Shown in pieces: positions 14,193 to 28,830 of a stretch of 64,000 bases of DNA (the first letter of the stretch is position 1; each line of letters begins with the position of its first letter). The stretch covers positions 4,996,914 to 5,060,913 of the forward strand of contig NC_134034.1 in the NCBI RefSeq assembly GCF_964204645.1, in the 5' to 3' direction. The notes under the pieces are model-generated. The model did not search any database and was not told where the DNA came from. It saw only the letters and a list, made by a program, of their open reading frames with translations. The position numbers were made by a program, and so were the translations under genes. Origin of the DNA: Tubulanus polymorphus. Taxonomy: Eukaryota > Animalia > Nemertea.

Positions 14193-16089
14193 ACTGTTGA
14201 TAATCTCACGAGAATGGTGCTAAATTTGAACTGCAAATAAATTCAAAAAACACAGAAATTCCTTGTGTTGATATTGTTTATGCATCTGCTATTTCCGATG
14301 AACAAGGACAAGCATCTGCATCGGGTGGGCGTGACGCCTTACTTAAATAACAATGGATGAAATGGCTTTGAAACCCTGCCTGTGACGGGATTGAGGCACT
14401 ATTGCACTATTGTACCCCCTCCCAAAAATTTCTGCATAGGCCTATTATCAATCAGGGAGGTCTAGAGAATCAAAATAAATTACTTTTGACAAAGACAATG
14501 TCGAAATTCTGATTATTTGGGCCCGATTTCATTGATGCAAATCGGCGGGTCGGCCATTTTGGCGAACTAATTCCACCTAAAAACGTCTGAACAGTGACGT
14601 CACAATGAATTTAATTGAATTGACAAAATTTCGTATTTGGCATGTAAGTTTCCTTTTCAGTACATCGTTAAATCAATAGTTAGGCCTACTCGTAGCCTAC
14701 GCATCATTTTGAAGAGATGGTTATGTTTGAAAACATGGTTTTTGCCAAATTTCAATGTCATGAAATTTTAGTGGAGGGTTAAAAACTTTGATTGACATCC
14801 AATATGGCATCGATTGCCGTCACGAATCGGCAAATTTTCACACGTCCCAAAAATATCAAAATTTTGACATAGAAAAAGTAAGGTTTTTGGGTCGAAAGTT
14901 AATTATTTTGAATCCCGACACCTTCCTGTTGATTAATATGCAGAAATAAAAATTTTTGGGAAGGGGGTACGATAGTGCAATAGCGCCTAGGATTGATGCG
15001 TCAGAGATGTAGGCCTACTTCGCATGCGCAGCTAATTCCAAGCACTGATGATTGACAGCTCGACACCAGGTGCTCGGAATTCACTGCGCATGTCCAATGG
15101 TCTCAGCCGCATCAATACGGTCACATCACTTCATCGCTTATTTGTATATAATACAGCGACGCAACCATTAAATACTGATCCTTAACGGCCAATACTTCTA
15201 TTCAGATGATTTTAATGTTAGCCACCGCCGTTAGCGGCGCTAGTGTTTGGTCCCTACCTCAAAGGCAAAATGCATTGAATTGTGGGTGACTTTTCAATCC
15301 ATCCTAGAACTACATTAAAACAGAGATCCCCTACTCTTGCAAACTCCAAATTCTAGAAGGTTCGGAATGTTTTATTTTCTTTCAAGATGATCAAAACTAT
15401 ATTTTGAATTAACTTCGTAGCTCTTTTTGACGATTTTATCGGAGAAGTCTAATCCATCACATGAGAATCTGCACAACATGTAGGCCTATACTCGCTTGCC
15501 GCAGCTTCGTGATAGAATCTCAACGACTACAGTTTAACAGTCATAATTCTGTTATTTTCTCGTTTTATTGGTATCATTTATCGTTCTAACTTACATGGTT
15601 AACTCCTTTATATCTTCAAGATTATAATGGTAGGTAGTTTCACAAAAATATCTGATAATAATGACCGTAAAATGCTGCCATATAGCCTGTAACTGGGATT
15701 ATTGTCTTGTTATTGCATTGCTGATTTATCTTTTTTAAAGTAATTTTTTGAGGAATCAAAGGCATATAACAGTAGGCGGAAAAATTATCAAAATCTTCAG
15801 TGCGCGGTGGCTCTTTATGGTTTATAGTTTGTTAATTTCGTTAAATTTTACTCAAACTGTCGATTTCGGACGATTTTCTTCTCATTTCGCCTTTGGTTTA
15901 GGTGACCGAACACTAGCGCACCTAGCGGTGGCGGCAAACATTAATATCATCCGAATAGAAGTATCGTTAATCAGAACTTATAGCGCCGGATAAATAATCA
16001 GTATCAACAAAAAGAGGTATTAGTGATATTTTCAATTTATTTGCAGTTTAAATTTAGCGCCATTCTCGCGTGATTTGATAATATCAACA
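14193..16089. mobile_element. Degenerate inverted-repeat element
   Basis: ~90-bp imperfect inverted repeats at ~14195-14280 (CACGAGAATGGTGCTAAATTTGAACTGCAAATAAATT) and ~15995-16089 (AATTTATTTGCAGTTTAAATTTAGCGCCATTCTCGCGTG). Confidence 0.5.
14395..14987. mobile_element. MITE, MULE-like
   Basis: TIRs GGCACTATTGCACTATTGTACCCCCTCCCAAAAATT / AATTTTTGGGAAGGGGGTACGATAGTGCAATAGCGCC. Flanks CGGGATTGA and TAGGATTGA resemble a decayed 9-bp TSD. Confidence 0.65.
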
Positions 16090-16213
16090 ACCCGGAAATA
16101 AAATCCAAGCCAGTTTACAAGAAAGATGCCCTGTGCTACAGTACGTGATGGCGATATACCCGGGACGACGGATGGGGATCACAGGGCTCGTATCAGAGTT
16201 GTAGGTAATGTAA

Positions 16214-17315
16214 CTAGGGGTCCAAGGACACCATGCCCACTTGGGAAGTGGTTTCAAATGCTCAACAATATAACAATTTCAACATTCAACGCCCCCTGGT
16301 GACCATTTACAAAAACGAATGACCTTGAAACTCACCACAATCATAGAACATGTCAGCAGCTACGATTTTGTAATTGATTGTGATAACAAAATATGCCTCG
16401 TTACCAATTTAACATGAAAATACTAAGTCATTCTACTATTCAATGCCCCCTGGTGACCATATTCAAAACCCAATGACCTCGAAACTCACCACAATCATAG
16501 AACATGTCATGAACTACAACTTTGCAATTGATCATGGTAACAAAATATGCCTAGGTACCAATATAATAAGGAAATAAAGAAATGCTAAGATATTGTATTA
16601 TTCAACGCCACCTGGTGGCCATATACGAAATCCAATTACCTTGAAACTCACCACAATCATAGAACACGTTATGAGCTAAAACTTTCTAATTGATTGTGGT
16701 AGCAAAATACGCTTAGGTATCAATATAATGTGGGAAAACTTTTTCCCACTTACGAATGAGTACTGGTGACACCAAGATGGCTGCCAATTGCCTCATAATT
16801 GGCTGATGAAAAATACCTGTCTCAGGTATAAAACATCCCTTTCCAAAGAATACCCATCACAAATTGTAATGAGAAATGGCAAACCAGTAGGAAGCTACAG
16901 GACTCAGAATTCGGGCCAAAATTAACATTTTTGGGCACTAAAAATGTCATAGGACGGCCATCTTGAATCCGACCGACCCAATTTTTGTTATGTTGATGGG
17001 CCCTGGGGGGAATCACATATATCCGAAAGATCAAGGTAATTGATCAAAGCGTCTTCAAAATTTCCCTCAAAAAGTTCAAAAATGTGTAAAAAGTGCTGAT
17101 TTTGGCGAAAAACAATGGCTGCCAGTCGGCCATCTTGATTCTGACAGGGCCAGTTTTTGGGCTGAAGATGTGTCTAGGGTAGATACATGTGTAACCCAAA
17201 TATCAAGACATTACCTTGAAGCGTCTTTAAAACTTCCCAAAATAACTGGATTCCGTCTACGGACGGACGAAAAGTGAATGCAATAGCCCGCTGGGACTAA
17301 AGTCCCAAGTGGGCT
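16214..17315 (-). mobile_element. Helentron-associated non-autonomous element (HINE/DINE-1-like), copy B, complete
   Basis: On the minus strand: a 5' self-complementary end AGCCCACTTGGGACTTTAGTCCCAGCGGGCT, three ~154-160-bp tandem units, subTIR CCCAAGTGGGC, a stem-loop and CTAG. Inserted in an A/T run with no TSD. Confidence 0.75.
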
Positions 17316-18107
17316 AAAAACGATAATCTGTTAATCCAATGTATATAGTATATATAAAATAACAAGGGGGCTAACGACGCTCACAAACAACTCAACTTCA
17401 GTCGCTTACTATTTCATTATTTCTCATCCGTTTTTGATAATCCAGGCATGATATGAAAGCTAATATCTTTCTGCTTCTAACGAAACTAATCCCGTTAATT
17501 TCCAATGAATAGTTCGTGAATTATATGCCTTTGAACGCGAAATTACGGCCGAAATCGCCTGGACCGAAAATGCTGTGATGCCAGTTTTTGCCGATTTCGA
17601 AATTTAAAACGTTGAGTTCGACGCGAAATCCTTCACCGATTTTGATGGTCGAGGGCTTCAAATGCGCAAAACATTCTATATTTTCTTAATATTGCGGTTG
17701 TTTCGTTATTCCATACGATCTTCCAACTTCGAAAACGCAAATTTTTCGATTTTACGTAAATTCACGCACTCGACACGCGATCTCAAGATGGCGACTATCA
17801 TCTCCCACAATGCTTATCGCAATGCCGAACCGAAATGAATTTTATTTCCAATTTATTTTCTGTGTATATTTACGTGAAGTTCAGAATGTATTATAAACCT
17901 GATCGTGTTTATTCTAGCTTAAATAAGATAAAACATTATTTGATTGAATTGTTACGAAATGAAATTCACTGCGGACCTGTTGCTAGTTCAAGTTCAAGGT
18001 CGCCATCTTGAGATCGCGTGTCGAGCAATTTAGGTAATGTTGTAACCATCCACAAAACGGAAGTGATATTAAAAAGAGACAAAATGGCGGCTTCTTGAAT
18101 CGCAGAA

Positions 18108-18240
18108 GGGGTAGGGTTTAGGGTCTAGGGTTTAGAGGGTTAAGGTTTGGGTCAAGAGGGTTAGGGTTAGGGCTACGGGAAGGATTAGGGTTAGGGTTAG
18201 GTTCCGTTACATATTAGGCTATAACATTGTAGGGTTAGGA
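18108..18240 (+). repeat. Degenerate (TTAGGG)n telomere-like tract
   Basis: GGGTTAGGGTTAGGG variants visible inside the foldback element. Confidence 0.8.
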
Positions 18241-21200
18241 TGAGGCTATAAGTAGTTAAAAAGTTACGACTGAATGAAGCAACCGTCGTAGCACTTTGGG
18301 GTAACGTTAGGCTTGCACTCTTGTGCTTGCGTGTTCGAATCCCAATTTTCGTGTATCTTTCTCAGAATTTGCTAAGTCCAGCGCATTCGCGCATGCGCAT
18401 TGGATTGATTTGTGGATGGTTTCAACATTACACAAATTGCGCGTGTCGAGTGTGTGAATTGACGTAAAATCGGAAAATTCGCGTTTTCGAAGTTGGAAGA
18501 TCGTATGGAATAACGAAACAACCGCAATATTTAGAAAATACAGAATTTTTTGCGCATTTGAAGCCCTCAACCATCAAAATCGGTGAAGGATTTCGCGTCG
18601 AACTCAACGTTTTAAATTTTGAAATCGGCAAAAACCGGCGTCATAGCATTTTCGGTCCAGGCGATTTCGGCCGTAATTTCGTGTTCAAAGACATATAATT
18701 CACGAACTATTCATTGGAAATTAACGGGATTAGTTTCGTTAGAAGCAGAAAGATATGAGCTTTCATATCATGCCTGGATTATCAAAATCGGATGAGAAAT
18801 AACGAAATAGTAAGCGACTGAAGTTGAGTGGTTTGTGAGCGTCGTTAGCCCCCTTGTTATTCTATATATACTATATACATTGGATTAACAGATTATCGTT
18901 TTTACATTACCAACAACTTTGATACGAGCCCCTGTGATGCCGATGGGGATATTCAATTCATTCGCGATGATTAATCACCTGTGAATACTGAGGTCTAATT
19001 GTCTTTTTCTGTTGACGTTGTTTCTTGATGCAAAACCAGCTCCAAATAACATTGAGCTGCGTCTCTCCTCCTCTTTAACTCTCTCTACGCCTGTCATTGA
19101 GTATCAGTATTCAAAACTCACACCACCAAACAGCCTAGCCTCAACACAATAATGGAATGATGCTTGTCTGTAGAGTTTCCAGAACCTGTCATGTCAGGTC
19201 TCAAGACCTGTCATGTCAGGTCCCGAAAAAAACCCAAACTCACGACAATATTTGACGAAACGGCGAAATATCTAGGCATGTGCTAGACGAATGGAAGAAC
19301 ATTTTGAGTTGAGTGAATATTCTGACCCGTCGTAAATATCGAAAATGATTTAACAATAACGATAAGAAAAACGTTCTGCACTAATAATTCATTTGAAAGG
19401 TTGATTTATAAGAAAATAAGATTTTATGTGTAAACTATGACTTATTTCTTTATTGAAGGGAAAAAATACGTTTCAGGCATAGATAGATTAATTAATGTAG
19501 AAATAAGAGAACAGTATAAGAGAATATTTTCAAGAGGTGAATCGAGGTCTTGATGATATTTCGTTTCCGCAATAAGACGCTGAAAAATATCTGCTCACTA
19601 TCACAGCATTATGAGCTTTCCGGTTTGCTCGGCTACCCGTACTGGCGGGGTAGAGAGGCCAATGAAAACTCCGGTTTGCTGCACTACCCCTCTTTGCGGG
19701 GATGCGGTATGATGTTTGATCTGACAGTTTCAAGTGGTTAATTGGTGTTTCAAGTGCTTACAACGATGCTTATTACTTCATGTGGTACATGGTGGTTTAA
19801 AAAGATTTCACGCTCACCGCTTGGGCTTCGTAGAAAGACCACTGCCTGTGGCCTTCCCAAATTTTAATTGTCCTGTCCGATTTGGTTTCGTCCAATTGAG
19901 AGACTGCCTTTTCCAGTTAGGGAATTTTTGGATCACATAACTCAGGAAATGACTTACGCCTTTGGGCCCCTTCGTCGGTTCCACATGTTTCATTTGCGCT
20001 ATAGACCACAGGCAATGGTGACACCATGATGGTCAGAAACTGACCAATTGAGATATCCCCGAGTCTGAACACTTGACTTCGAATTTCGGAAATTTTTCAA
20101 GTCATGTTTTTTTTCAAACTACTGAGGAATCGTCATTACAAATTCATAAACTGACCATCACTGACCACCACTGACCATGCAATTCATCCTTCTCGAATGT
20201 GAGAACGATATATCGGTACCGCGTTTGGTGTGAAGCTAGAAAGGATCATAAATTGACCATCACTGACCACCACTGACCAATTTAGACTTATCGAATGTAA
20301 GAACGATATACCGGCACCGCATTTGGTGTGAAACTAGAAAGGATTCGCCATAAAATTCACTCATTAAATGACTCAACGAATAGAAAATGTTTGCGAGAAG
20401 CACCACCTACAAATAAGTTATGATAAGATTAAATCTATGGTAAATCGATGCTTAAAAAACAATTAAATCACAAGATGACTAACTGCCGTCTTTCAACCAA
20501 TCAGCGCGATACCAATTAATTAAATCATTAAACGCATTGGGCTCCTAATATTTGAAATCATTTGTTACAACTGTTCTTAAGACTTAGCCATTTTTGTTTC
20601 AGAAAACCGCCTACTAGACCAGTGGTCACCAAGGCATTAAAAAAGTTTTGAAAATTGGATGGTAACGATTTTTCAAAAAACTGTTTCGATTTCAAGTTTT
20701 TTTTTTACTCTTGTATAGAATTCACTATATGAAAAGTGTTCATAGGAATTGAAATTCGGTGTGATATCAGTCACCTGTTACCCCTTCATTGTCAGTTCTT
20801 TATTGCACTATCATGCGCTCTTTTTAAATCTAAAATAGAAAAAAACATGTGTGTTTCCTTATAAACAAGGTTAAATTCCAAACGCACATGAAATATGGAG
20901 CCTGTATCACACGATATACACATCTAGCATTTTCTCTAACTAGGCCCTTTCCAAATGGCAATTGTTCAGTTTTTTAACGGCCGACATTCAGAGGCACCTA
21001 AAAACCGGTGGTAGCGCATGAGATTTTCAGTGTAGGCTACATCTCACATCGACTCGGCTCGCGGTCGGTTGTTTAACACATCTGGTTGACACTAGTTTCA
21101 CAGTTGACGAATTCAGAAAACTTTTTTCAAATATCATTGATAACATCTTAAACATAGTATTCTTCTCACATTTCGCTGATTCCATAGATACGTTTTTATG

Positions 21201-21819
21201 AAAATTGCTCCAGTTATGACGGATTTAAACATACGTGTAAAACGATTATTTTCAAAATATTCAATTTTCTCCGATTTTGAAGAAATTTTGACACAATATC
21301 ATCTCCACTCGACACATGATTTTACTTCGGCGCCTTTGAAGGGAGTGTCACTTGTTGTTGAGTTCATACTTAGTCAAACAACGAGATATGCCTGATTCCT
21401 TTTTAAAATTTAAATTTCGACAGATATCATCAAATTACTAGAAAAGGACAGCAGCTTTCGGTCATACGCGAAAAATACCTAAAATGCAGTCCTAGGGTTA
21501 TGGAAAAACAGGACACGAAACATACAGAAAAATCCATTGTTTGGTAGACTGAAATTATTGAACTCTTAAATAACAACATTCAGAGAAACAAAAACATAAG
21601 AATATATTCTCGCCCGCCCGTTAAAAAAACATAACGTAATGATATGAGGAAACGTGTCATCTTTAATTGAAATCACATGATTTCAATTTAAAGACGACAC
21701 GTAGCCTCATATCAAATGATATGAACGCAACAGAGCCTATATATTTCTCTTAGGAGGATGGGTCTCCACGTTCATAGGATACGAGATTCGTGGGTTCGAA
21801 TGATGAATACAACTGATAA

Positions 21820-22560
21820 AGCCCCAATTTCACTGATTCTTGCACATAAATGTTCAAAGGCGCTTCAGAGTAATCGAGTAAACAGGTGTGTTTTTAGGAG
21901 TCTTTTGAATTTAAATTCAAATCGGGGTTCATGGCGAAGATTGAGCATTCTAGGGCTGGAGCAAGAAACGTGTGGGATCTTCCGCCAAAAGTATCGCCAA
22001 AGAGATAAGGAGCCAGTCCGCGGTGGCTATTGAAAGCGACGACCGCATATGAATGCATTGATTGAATCTCAAAAGTCAGATTATATAAAATTGAACATGA
22101 TATATGGATAGGTTATTGCATATATACTGGTAAAAATGATGCTCAATATGTGATATAAATGTTCAATCAAAAAGTAGAAACTGAATCCATTCAGTAGGGT
22201 ATTGTTAGAACATCAAACACTCAAATTCCATCCTCTGTTAGATTGGTAGCCAGTGAGAAAGTATCGTGGTCCCTAATTTTAGTTGTCGTTGGAAAGTTGG
22301 AGTTTGTGTTAAGATGAATGAGTTTAAAATGGAGTGGAATGTCTATAACTCAAACTTTTTATTGATCGTGAAAAATTGTAGTAACATATTTGACTCTACG
22401 GTTGGTTTTAGATTGTATCTCTCCACGCCAGAGGTATTCACGGATATCGGACTACAAACAAATTCCTTTGGTAAAGCTCAACTTTGCAAATTCCTGGAAA
22501 AGCTCGCCTCGGATATCGCAATAATGATTAAATATTAATTTTCCCAAAAATTCTCCTCTT
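21820..22560 (-). pseudogene. L2-clade LINE 3' remnant
   Basis: The minus strand encodes HWLPI*QRMEF (~22225-22255) and KFKRLLKTHLF (~21880-21912), motifs typical of the C-terminus of L2 ORF2; many stops. Confidence 0.6.
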
Positions 22561-25500
22561 CGAAAAACCTAAACAACTAATGTACGCTTGCTTGCCAATG
22601 CACTATTGTTGCCTTTTCTAGCTATTTGTACTGTTTGCCACAAAAAGATTGCATCCTCTAAAACAGGAATTAGGGATACAGCTCTGGGACCAGTTTCTCA
22701 GAAGTTAGTTTGAATTAACTATTATACATGACCAAATACATTATTTATATGAAAAAGATCTACTATGTACACATTTCAAATTTCAAAAAAAGTTTTATCA
22801 TTATAAAATTACGACACAACGTTCGATCTCTCACTAGAGATCATCTTTTTTGACGCCTTATAAAACGTTACCATTATGAAACCTAAACAATGTTAACCAT
22901 TCAGCGTCATTTTACAAACGACAGCCGTAAATCGATGTGCAAAACGACACAGGTCTATGTGTACACAAACAAGCTATCTGGCAAAATGTTATTGACATAG
23001 ATGTAGAATGGTTTCCTGTGATTATATAATGACCTATATTTGAACGTCGAAATATTATATTGCATTGAATATCATTAGAAGACGTATTGTAATAGTAAAG
23101 GATGTATGATTATATCAGAAGCGGCAGGCATAAATAGAAATGATAAGTAAATCGGATTATTCGGTTAAATGGCGGATGTATACACGATTTGGAAGTCTGA
23201 TATAAAAGTCAGACCCTGACGTGGGCATGCCGGTGGAATGACGAAGCTATCTACGATGTGTGTAGGGCCGGCGTGAATTTCATCAGCGGCTACAAGCGGT
23301 CGATATGAAAATGTGTAAACATATGATTTCAATATTCAAACGTTTTAGAAAATATGTTTGATATTAGGAGTATGCAGGTTTCGTGAGATTAGCAATTTAT
23401 AATAGCATAGCTATCATATACGGCTCCGCGTCCTCTGATTGCATGTGTATTAGGTGACAATTCAATTCAATTTTTTATTGATCCTTATTACATTGAAATT
23501 TCGGGATAAAATTCCCAAATTCAATAAATACCAAATTTTAAAATAAATTAATACAACATACATGACACACGGGTAATTCATACAGAACAACATAAGCATG
23601 TTATTTTAAATGACAATGTCTACTTCAACCCACCCAGACTCAAGACTCTTAGGATATCGAGTGACGGCCAAACCCGTGGCCCGGGCCGGCTGGCTAGGCC
23701 ACACGATATGCTCGAAGTCATGATGAAGCAGACATCAGAAGAGCTCGTTCTTCAACCATGGAGGCAATGAAGTTGCAGACCAGCTTAGAGGCATAAGTAA
23801 ATGAAGTCGGTCGCAAGTTCGCGATCAATTATTGAGAATTTTTAATAAAAAAATTTAAACCACTACTAGAGTCGAAGACCCGCTGTATCATCTACCCAAT
23901 CGCCAAATCTCATCATTCCCCAAATTTCTTAAAACTTCGATTTCAAATTTGCAATTCCACATTAGCTTAGCCAAGAAATTATACATTTTTTTCGCAGGCG
24001 TCAAATAATTTTCTGAAATTAATTTTCTTGTTGAATTTGTACACAGTGAGTTTTCGTATCGTATTATCGTATTATTAATTCTCCGCATTTGAGTGTGACT
24101 ATTCTTCAAGTACAATGTTATTTTAGCAATGTTTAGCAAGTTGTAATTGTCATTATAAATGTTAACTATCCACTGATAAACTTACTAACTTTTGGCAACT
24201 GACCTTAGATCGTGGAATGGTCTCAGGTGGCCTGCTGATCCACTCTTTATTTATACTAATAAAGAAATATAAGACGTAACAAGTATTGAATGTAGAAATA
24301 TAGAAGTACTATTTATCTTTATATCGCGATAATTTGTGTACGTATGATTGAAAAACGATATTCTATCGGGTCTCATGGTACTTATGATTATTGTGTATAA
24401 AATCAATAATTAGCAACGCTCCACTGATACGAAGCAGCCTAAGTTTACATCCTACCATAATTTTCCTCGAAACTCTCAGCATTATTTCAAGGGTCGGTCT
24501 TATGTGAAGAAAATATATGAAGGACATGTTCACAGGTTTAACGAGGCCAAAAATCTCATTTTCATCAAAATTTCAAATTTTTACAAGCAAAGATAATATA
24601 CTTCATGATTTTGGTGCAGAAAAAATGCATGTCCACAAATTGCAAATTGTGTTTTCAAAGTAAACGATTGAGTGTGGAATTGTTTCGAGTTCAGGGTTCT
24701 CCAATTAACTCTCCGGTATTTTACAGTTGTTTCAATAAGATAAGTCACACTATTGTTGTGATCAGATGGCCAGTTGAATACTTCTTCATTATATTGAAAG
24801 ATGTTATACTTAATGCATCTTTTCTTAGGCCTTACAGCTTTCTCTATTGGTCAGCGTTGTGATCACTCAAAGTTACTCATAAGTTTGAATTCTCACTGAA
24901 CTACTTCATCCCTATAACAAATATATATTTCATATCAGGCAATTAACTTTGATCTGTGGTCAGTTGACTGCAGCTACGAAACATTGAAAACTACTACATT
25001 ATCATTCCATCTATTCACATTTATGATATGATATGATATCTTCTTTAATGTTCAGTTTAAACGTCTTGAACGTAAACGTTTGACAAGTCTCGCATAATAG
25101 TACTGATACGCACGTTCACGCGAGTGAAATGTGAACGTTACAGGCTAAAATGCGCACGTTACAATTACGAATCGAAACGTTGTTCGTTCAAAACCCCACG
25201 TGAAAATCTTTGGCATTTAGTGGGAAATTTCAAAGTTAGCTCGCAACGCACAAAAAAAATCTGACAAGACTTTTCAAGCGACAAATTTAAATGTAAGAGC
25301 TAGTAGTACTAACGAAGGATTCAGGCAATACCCCGTGTCATTTCTAAAAAAAATTAACCGGTAATCAGACAGTACTTGTGTAGCTTGTACAGGTAAAAGA
25401 GTTGTTAGATTTGCGTTCAGGCCAAATGAAATTATTTGATACCAGACATGACTAAGTTGTTTCCGAAACAGATAAATATAGCTATGTGGTCAGTATTGGT

Positions 25501-27743
25501 CAAGATTTGGTCAGTTGAATAGTTGATAGATGAAAGCCCACACCATATCTAATTATTTGACACCAAACACGACCCGCACCATATCTAGTCGCTCGACGCC
25601 CAAGCACGATTTTATTGCTATTTTATTTACTAAACATGTAAATTACTTATGGAGGGTTCTGGTTAGCACTGGTAACTGGTCAGTACTGGTCAAGTATTGG
25701 TCAGTTAAACAATTTTTAGATTAATGCCCACATCATATCTAGTTAGTTGACACCAAACAATTTATGCAAAACAACTAATTAACTATACGGTACTGGTCAT
25801 GCATTGGTCAGTTAATAGACCAAGGTCCACGCTACGAATTATTTGATACCAAACATGATTGGATTGTGTCATTTCGAACATTTATCTGTTGGGCAATTTG
25901 TGGTCAGCCCTGGTTCGTTAGGTTCTTATTTTGCGGGCATTTTATCTCGAAACACCAGAAGACTGAATAACTAATCAATTCAACAGATCATTAATTAATC
26001 GAAATGTAGATCAGTGTTTAACTGATAGTCCTTAGTGTGAATAAAATCTCTCTTGTATGGGTGCTATGGTACTTGGAATCATGTACACCGAACTGTATCT
26101 AATTCTTTTTATTTTCACATTACTACCGTATTTGACTATGATGTTTTCAAGTGGTCTTAAGTAATAGCCGAAAGTCGTTGATTTATGTGAAATTTACATA
26201 CAGCGCCACCCATTGGTAGTAAAACTAACCCGAGCAATAAATAGATACGCTAGCAAACCGGCATTCTCATAATGTTCGGCATCGCTCCATCGGAAGCAAA
26301 CATTGGTTGGGTAGGCCCGACCCTGATGATTGAAGGTAAAACTGCCAGGTTCCACATGCGAAAGTGAAAAAAATCGTCGATTGAGGAAATATTTTGGCGG
26401 CCTATTTTCACCACGTATGAACCTCTGTGAAGTGTGTCTGTGAAAGCCTCCGCCCTAAGCGCACCTGGGCTAAATAAATATTCTTCAATACGCGCTGATT
26501 GGCTAAATAAACAAAATATATTGAAATCTGAAAAGAGGCAATGAATCTTGATAATTGTTCAATTTATAACTTTAAATTGTCTAACAAACGTTTAATTCCA
26601 CACACAGTGTATGTTATACGTAAAGGAAATCATTCAGCATCAGCGGTTTATGCTGTACGGAGCATGTCTATTTGAGTCATTGGGGAAAACCCACTTTCAC
26701 TTTTATATTCATGATGATCAGTCATGCAGTTGCATGTGAATATTAAGTGTGCATAATGCTGAGATCGTTTCATTTGACGGATCTTCATAGTTTACTTGGT
26801 TCAACTATTAAGGTTACTTTCTTAAATATAATGCACGGAAAATGATGTGTTTCCATCACTCAATTCGTATCTTTCCGAACGAAGTTTCTGCAAAAAAATC
26901 ATGGAATGATCTAATAAAACCTGGGTGGCAGATTCAGACAGGTAACACGCACGTGCTCCTGTCGCAATATATTTATCTATGCCGTTTTGAAAATACAACG
27001 GCAATATTTTTCAGGGCACTTTTTCCAGCAGCAACTAATAAGATGTCTCAGTAACTAGAAATTGTATTTAAACCCATGTTTTGTCTGCATGGATACTTTA
27101 CTTGCCCTTTTCAATGTTCATGGATCCGTGGATCCGTTCCTAGATGCCCTTCAAGCATATTTGAAATATGAAATTGATTGATGGACTAGGTCATTTATAA
27201 TTGAAGCTGCCGCGTCTAGCCCCGGGACTCTTGTTTACCTTTAAAGCTGCTCATCTATGCTGGTCAGTAATAGGATATATGCGTTTTCATACGATATGAA
27301 ACAACATATACCCTATAAGTCTAATAATTTCATATAGATGAACAATAATTTCTTTATTAAAATTTATATTTTCTTCAACTCGTTAATTACTCGTTTCTTT
27401 TTATATTCTTTTAATTCTACCATTTATTTTACATATTTTTCTGGTATGAAAAGACATATACCCTATTACTCTGGTCCGATTAATGCCTATATCAGTATGT
27501 ACTTCCAAAACTGACTGTGCCACCCGGGATGTCCTCAGCAAAGGAAAGAAATTTAGTAATTATTTCATTTTCCAATATTTCTTTGTGTAAAGCTTCAAGA
27601 AAGGAAGGACAATTATTGCTTGTGGATCGTTTTAATTTCCATTCAAAGCATTCTTTCGTAGTGCATATAGAACTCAAAGCAGCTCAATGTGTCGCAGGAT
27701 ATTTCTTTTAGAAATTGACCTTGTCACTAGAGAGTTTCCCCCA

Positions 27744-28100
<357 letters not shown>

Positions 28101-28830
28101 TCGATTTTCGAGGTTAAAAACTTCAGTTTATTTCCAAGAAACACGAACATTTTCCAATGCATTTCTCAACATCGTACGAGACTAACAAGCACGGGCCGAT
28201 CGCACGTGCGATAATTTGAAGGCTTAACGACTGTTCCTCATTTCATTAAATCCTCCAAAAGTTGAAATACGAATGAAGGTCGAAAAAATCAATATTTCAA
28301 AATTTGTAATCATGTTCAAAGATGATTCGTCCCCGGTATGCCGATAAACACGTTGAAACACTTGATACACAAATTCAACAATGCGAAGAAGTTGTTGGAA
28401 ATTGTTTAACCATGAAGATGTAAAATCGTAGAAAAGGTGCCCGGTCTGGCGGATATTTGACGTGGTTTTGTTTGTAGGTTATGTCGATGGCCGCGAACGC
28501 TGACTACAGCGAGGCGGGCAGCTTTAGGTTAGTGCACACGTGTGGATTGTGTTTACAAACAGAATGTCGTTCATGCGCACGCAACAAAATGGCGGAAACT
28601 CTCTTGTGAAAAAAAATCGTTTATTCTCTTGGCGATTTTTTTTCACAAGAGTTTCCACCATTTTGAGCTCAGACCACTATTCCAAAATCTTCTATATCCT
28701 AATGTAAAAACAAGAAATTCGAGAGTTTAGTTCATATATAAGAGCGTAAATTCAGGGAAAATCCTGCTTATGGCTCATAGGCCAGCATCCTAGCTACGTA
28801 TTAAAGTAATTTTCGCCCCACATACCCAAC

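Larger units (their letters stand above)
16178..18941. mobile_element. Foldback/MULE-like non-autonomous element with ~500-bp TIRs; left TIR interrupted by a HINE
   Basis: 17316-17779 is a near-perfect reverse complement of 18440-18903. The arm continues at 16178-16213 (ATCACAGGGCTCGTATCAGAGTTG), matching 18904-18938. GATGGGGAT occurs on both flanks (possible 9-bp TSD). Confidence 0.75.

Noticed and set aside
18325-18345. GTTCGAATCCC tRNA B-box-like motif (similar at ~1845 and ~13998)
   Set aside because: No cloverleaf or A-box could be built; at most decayed SINE fragments.
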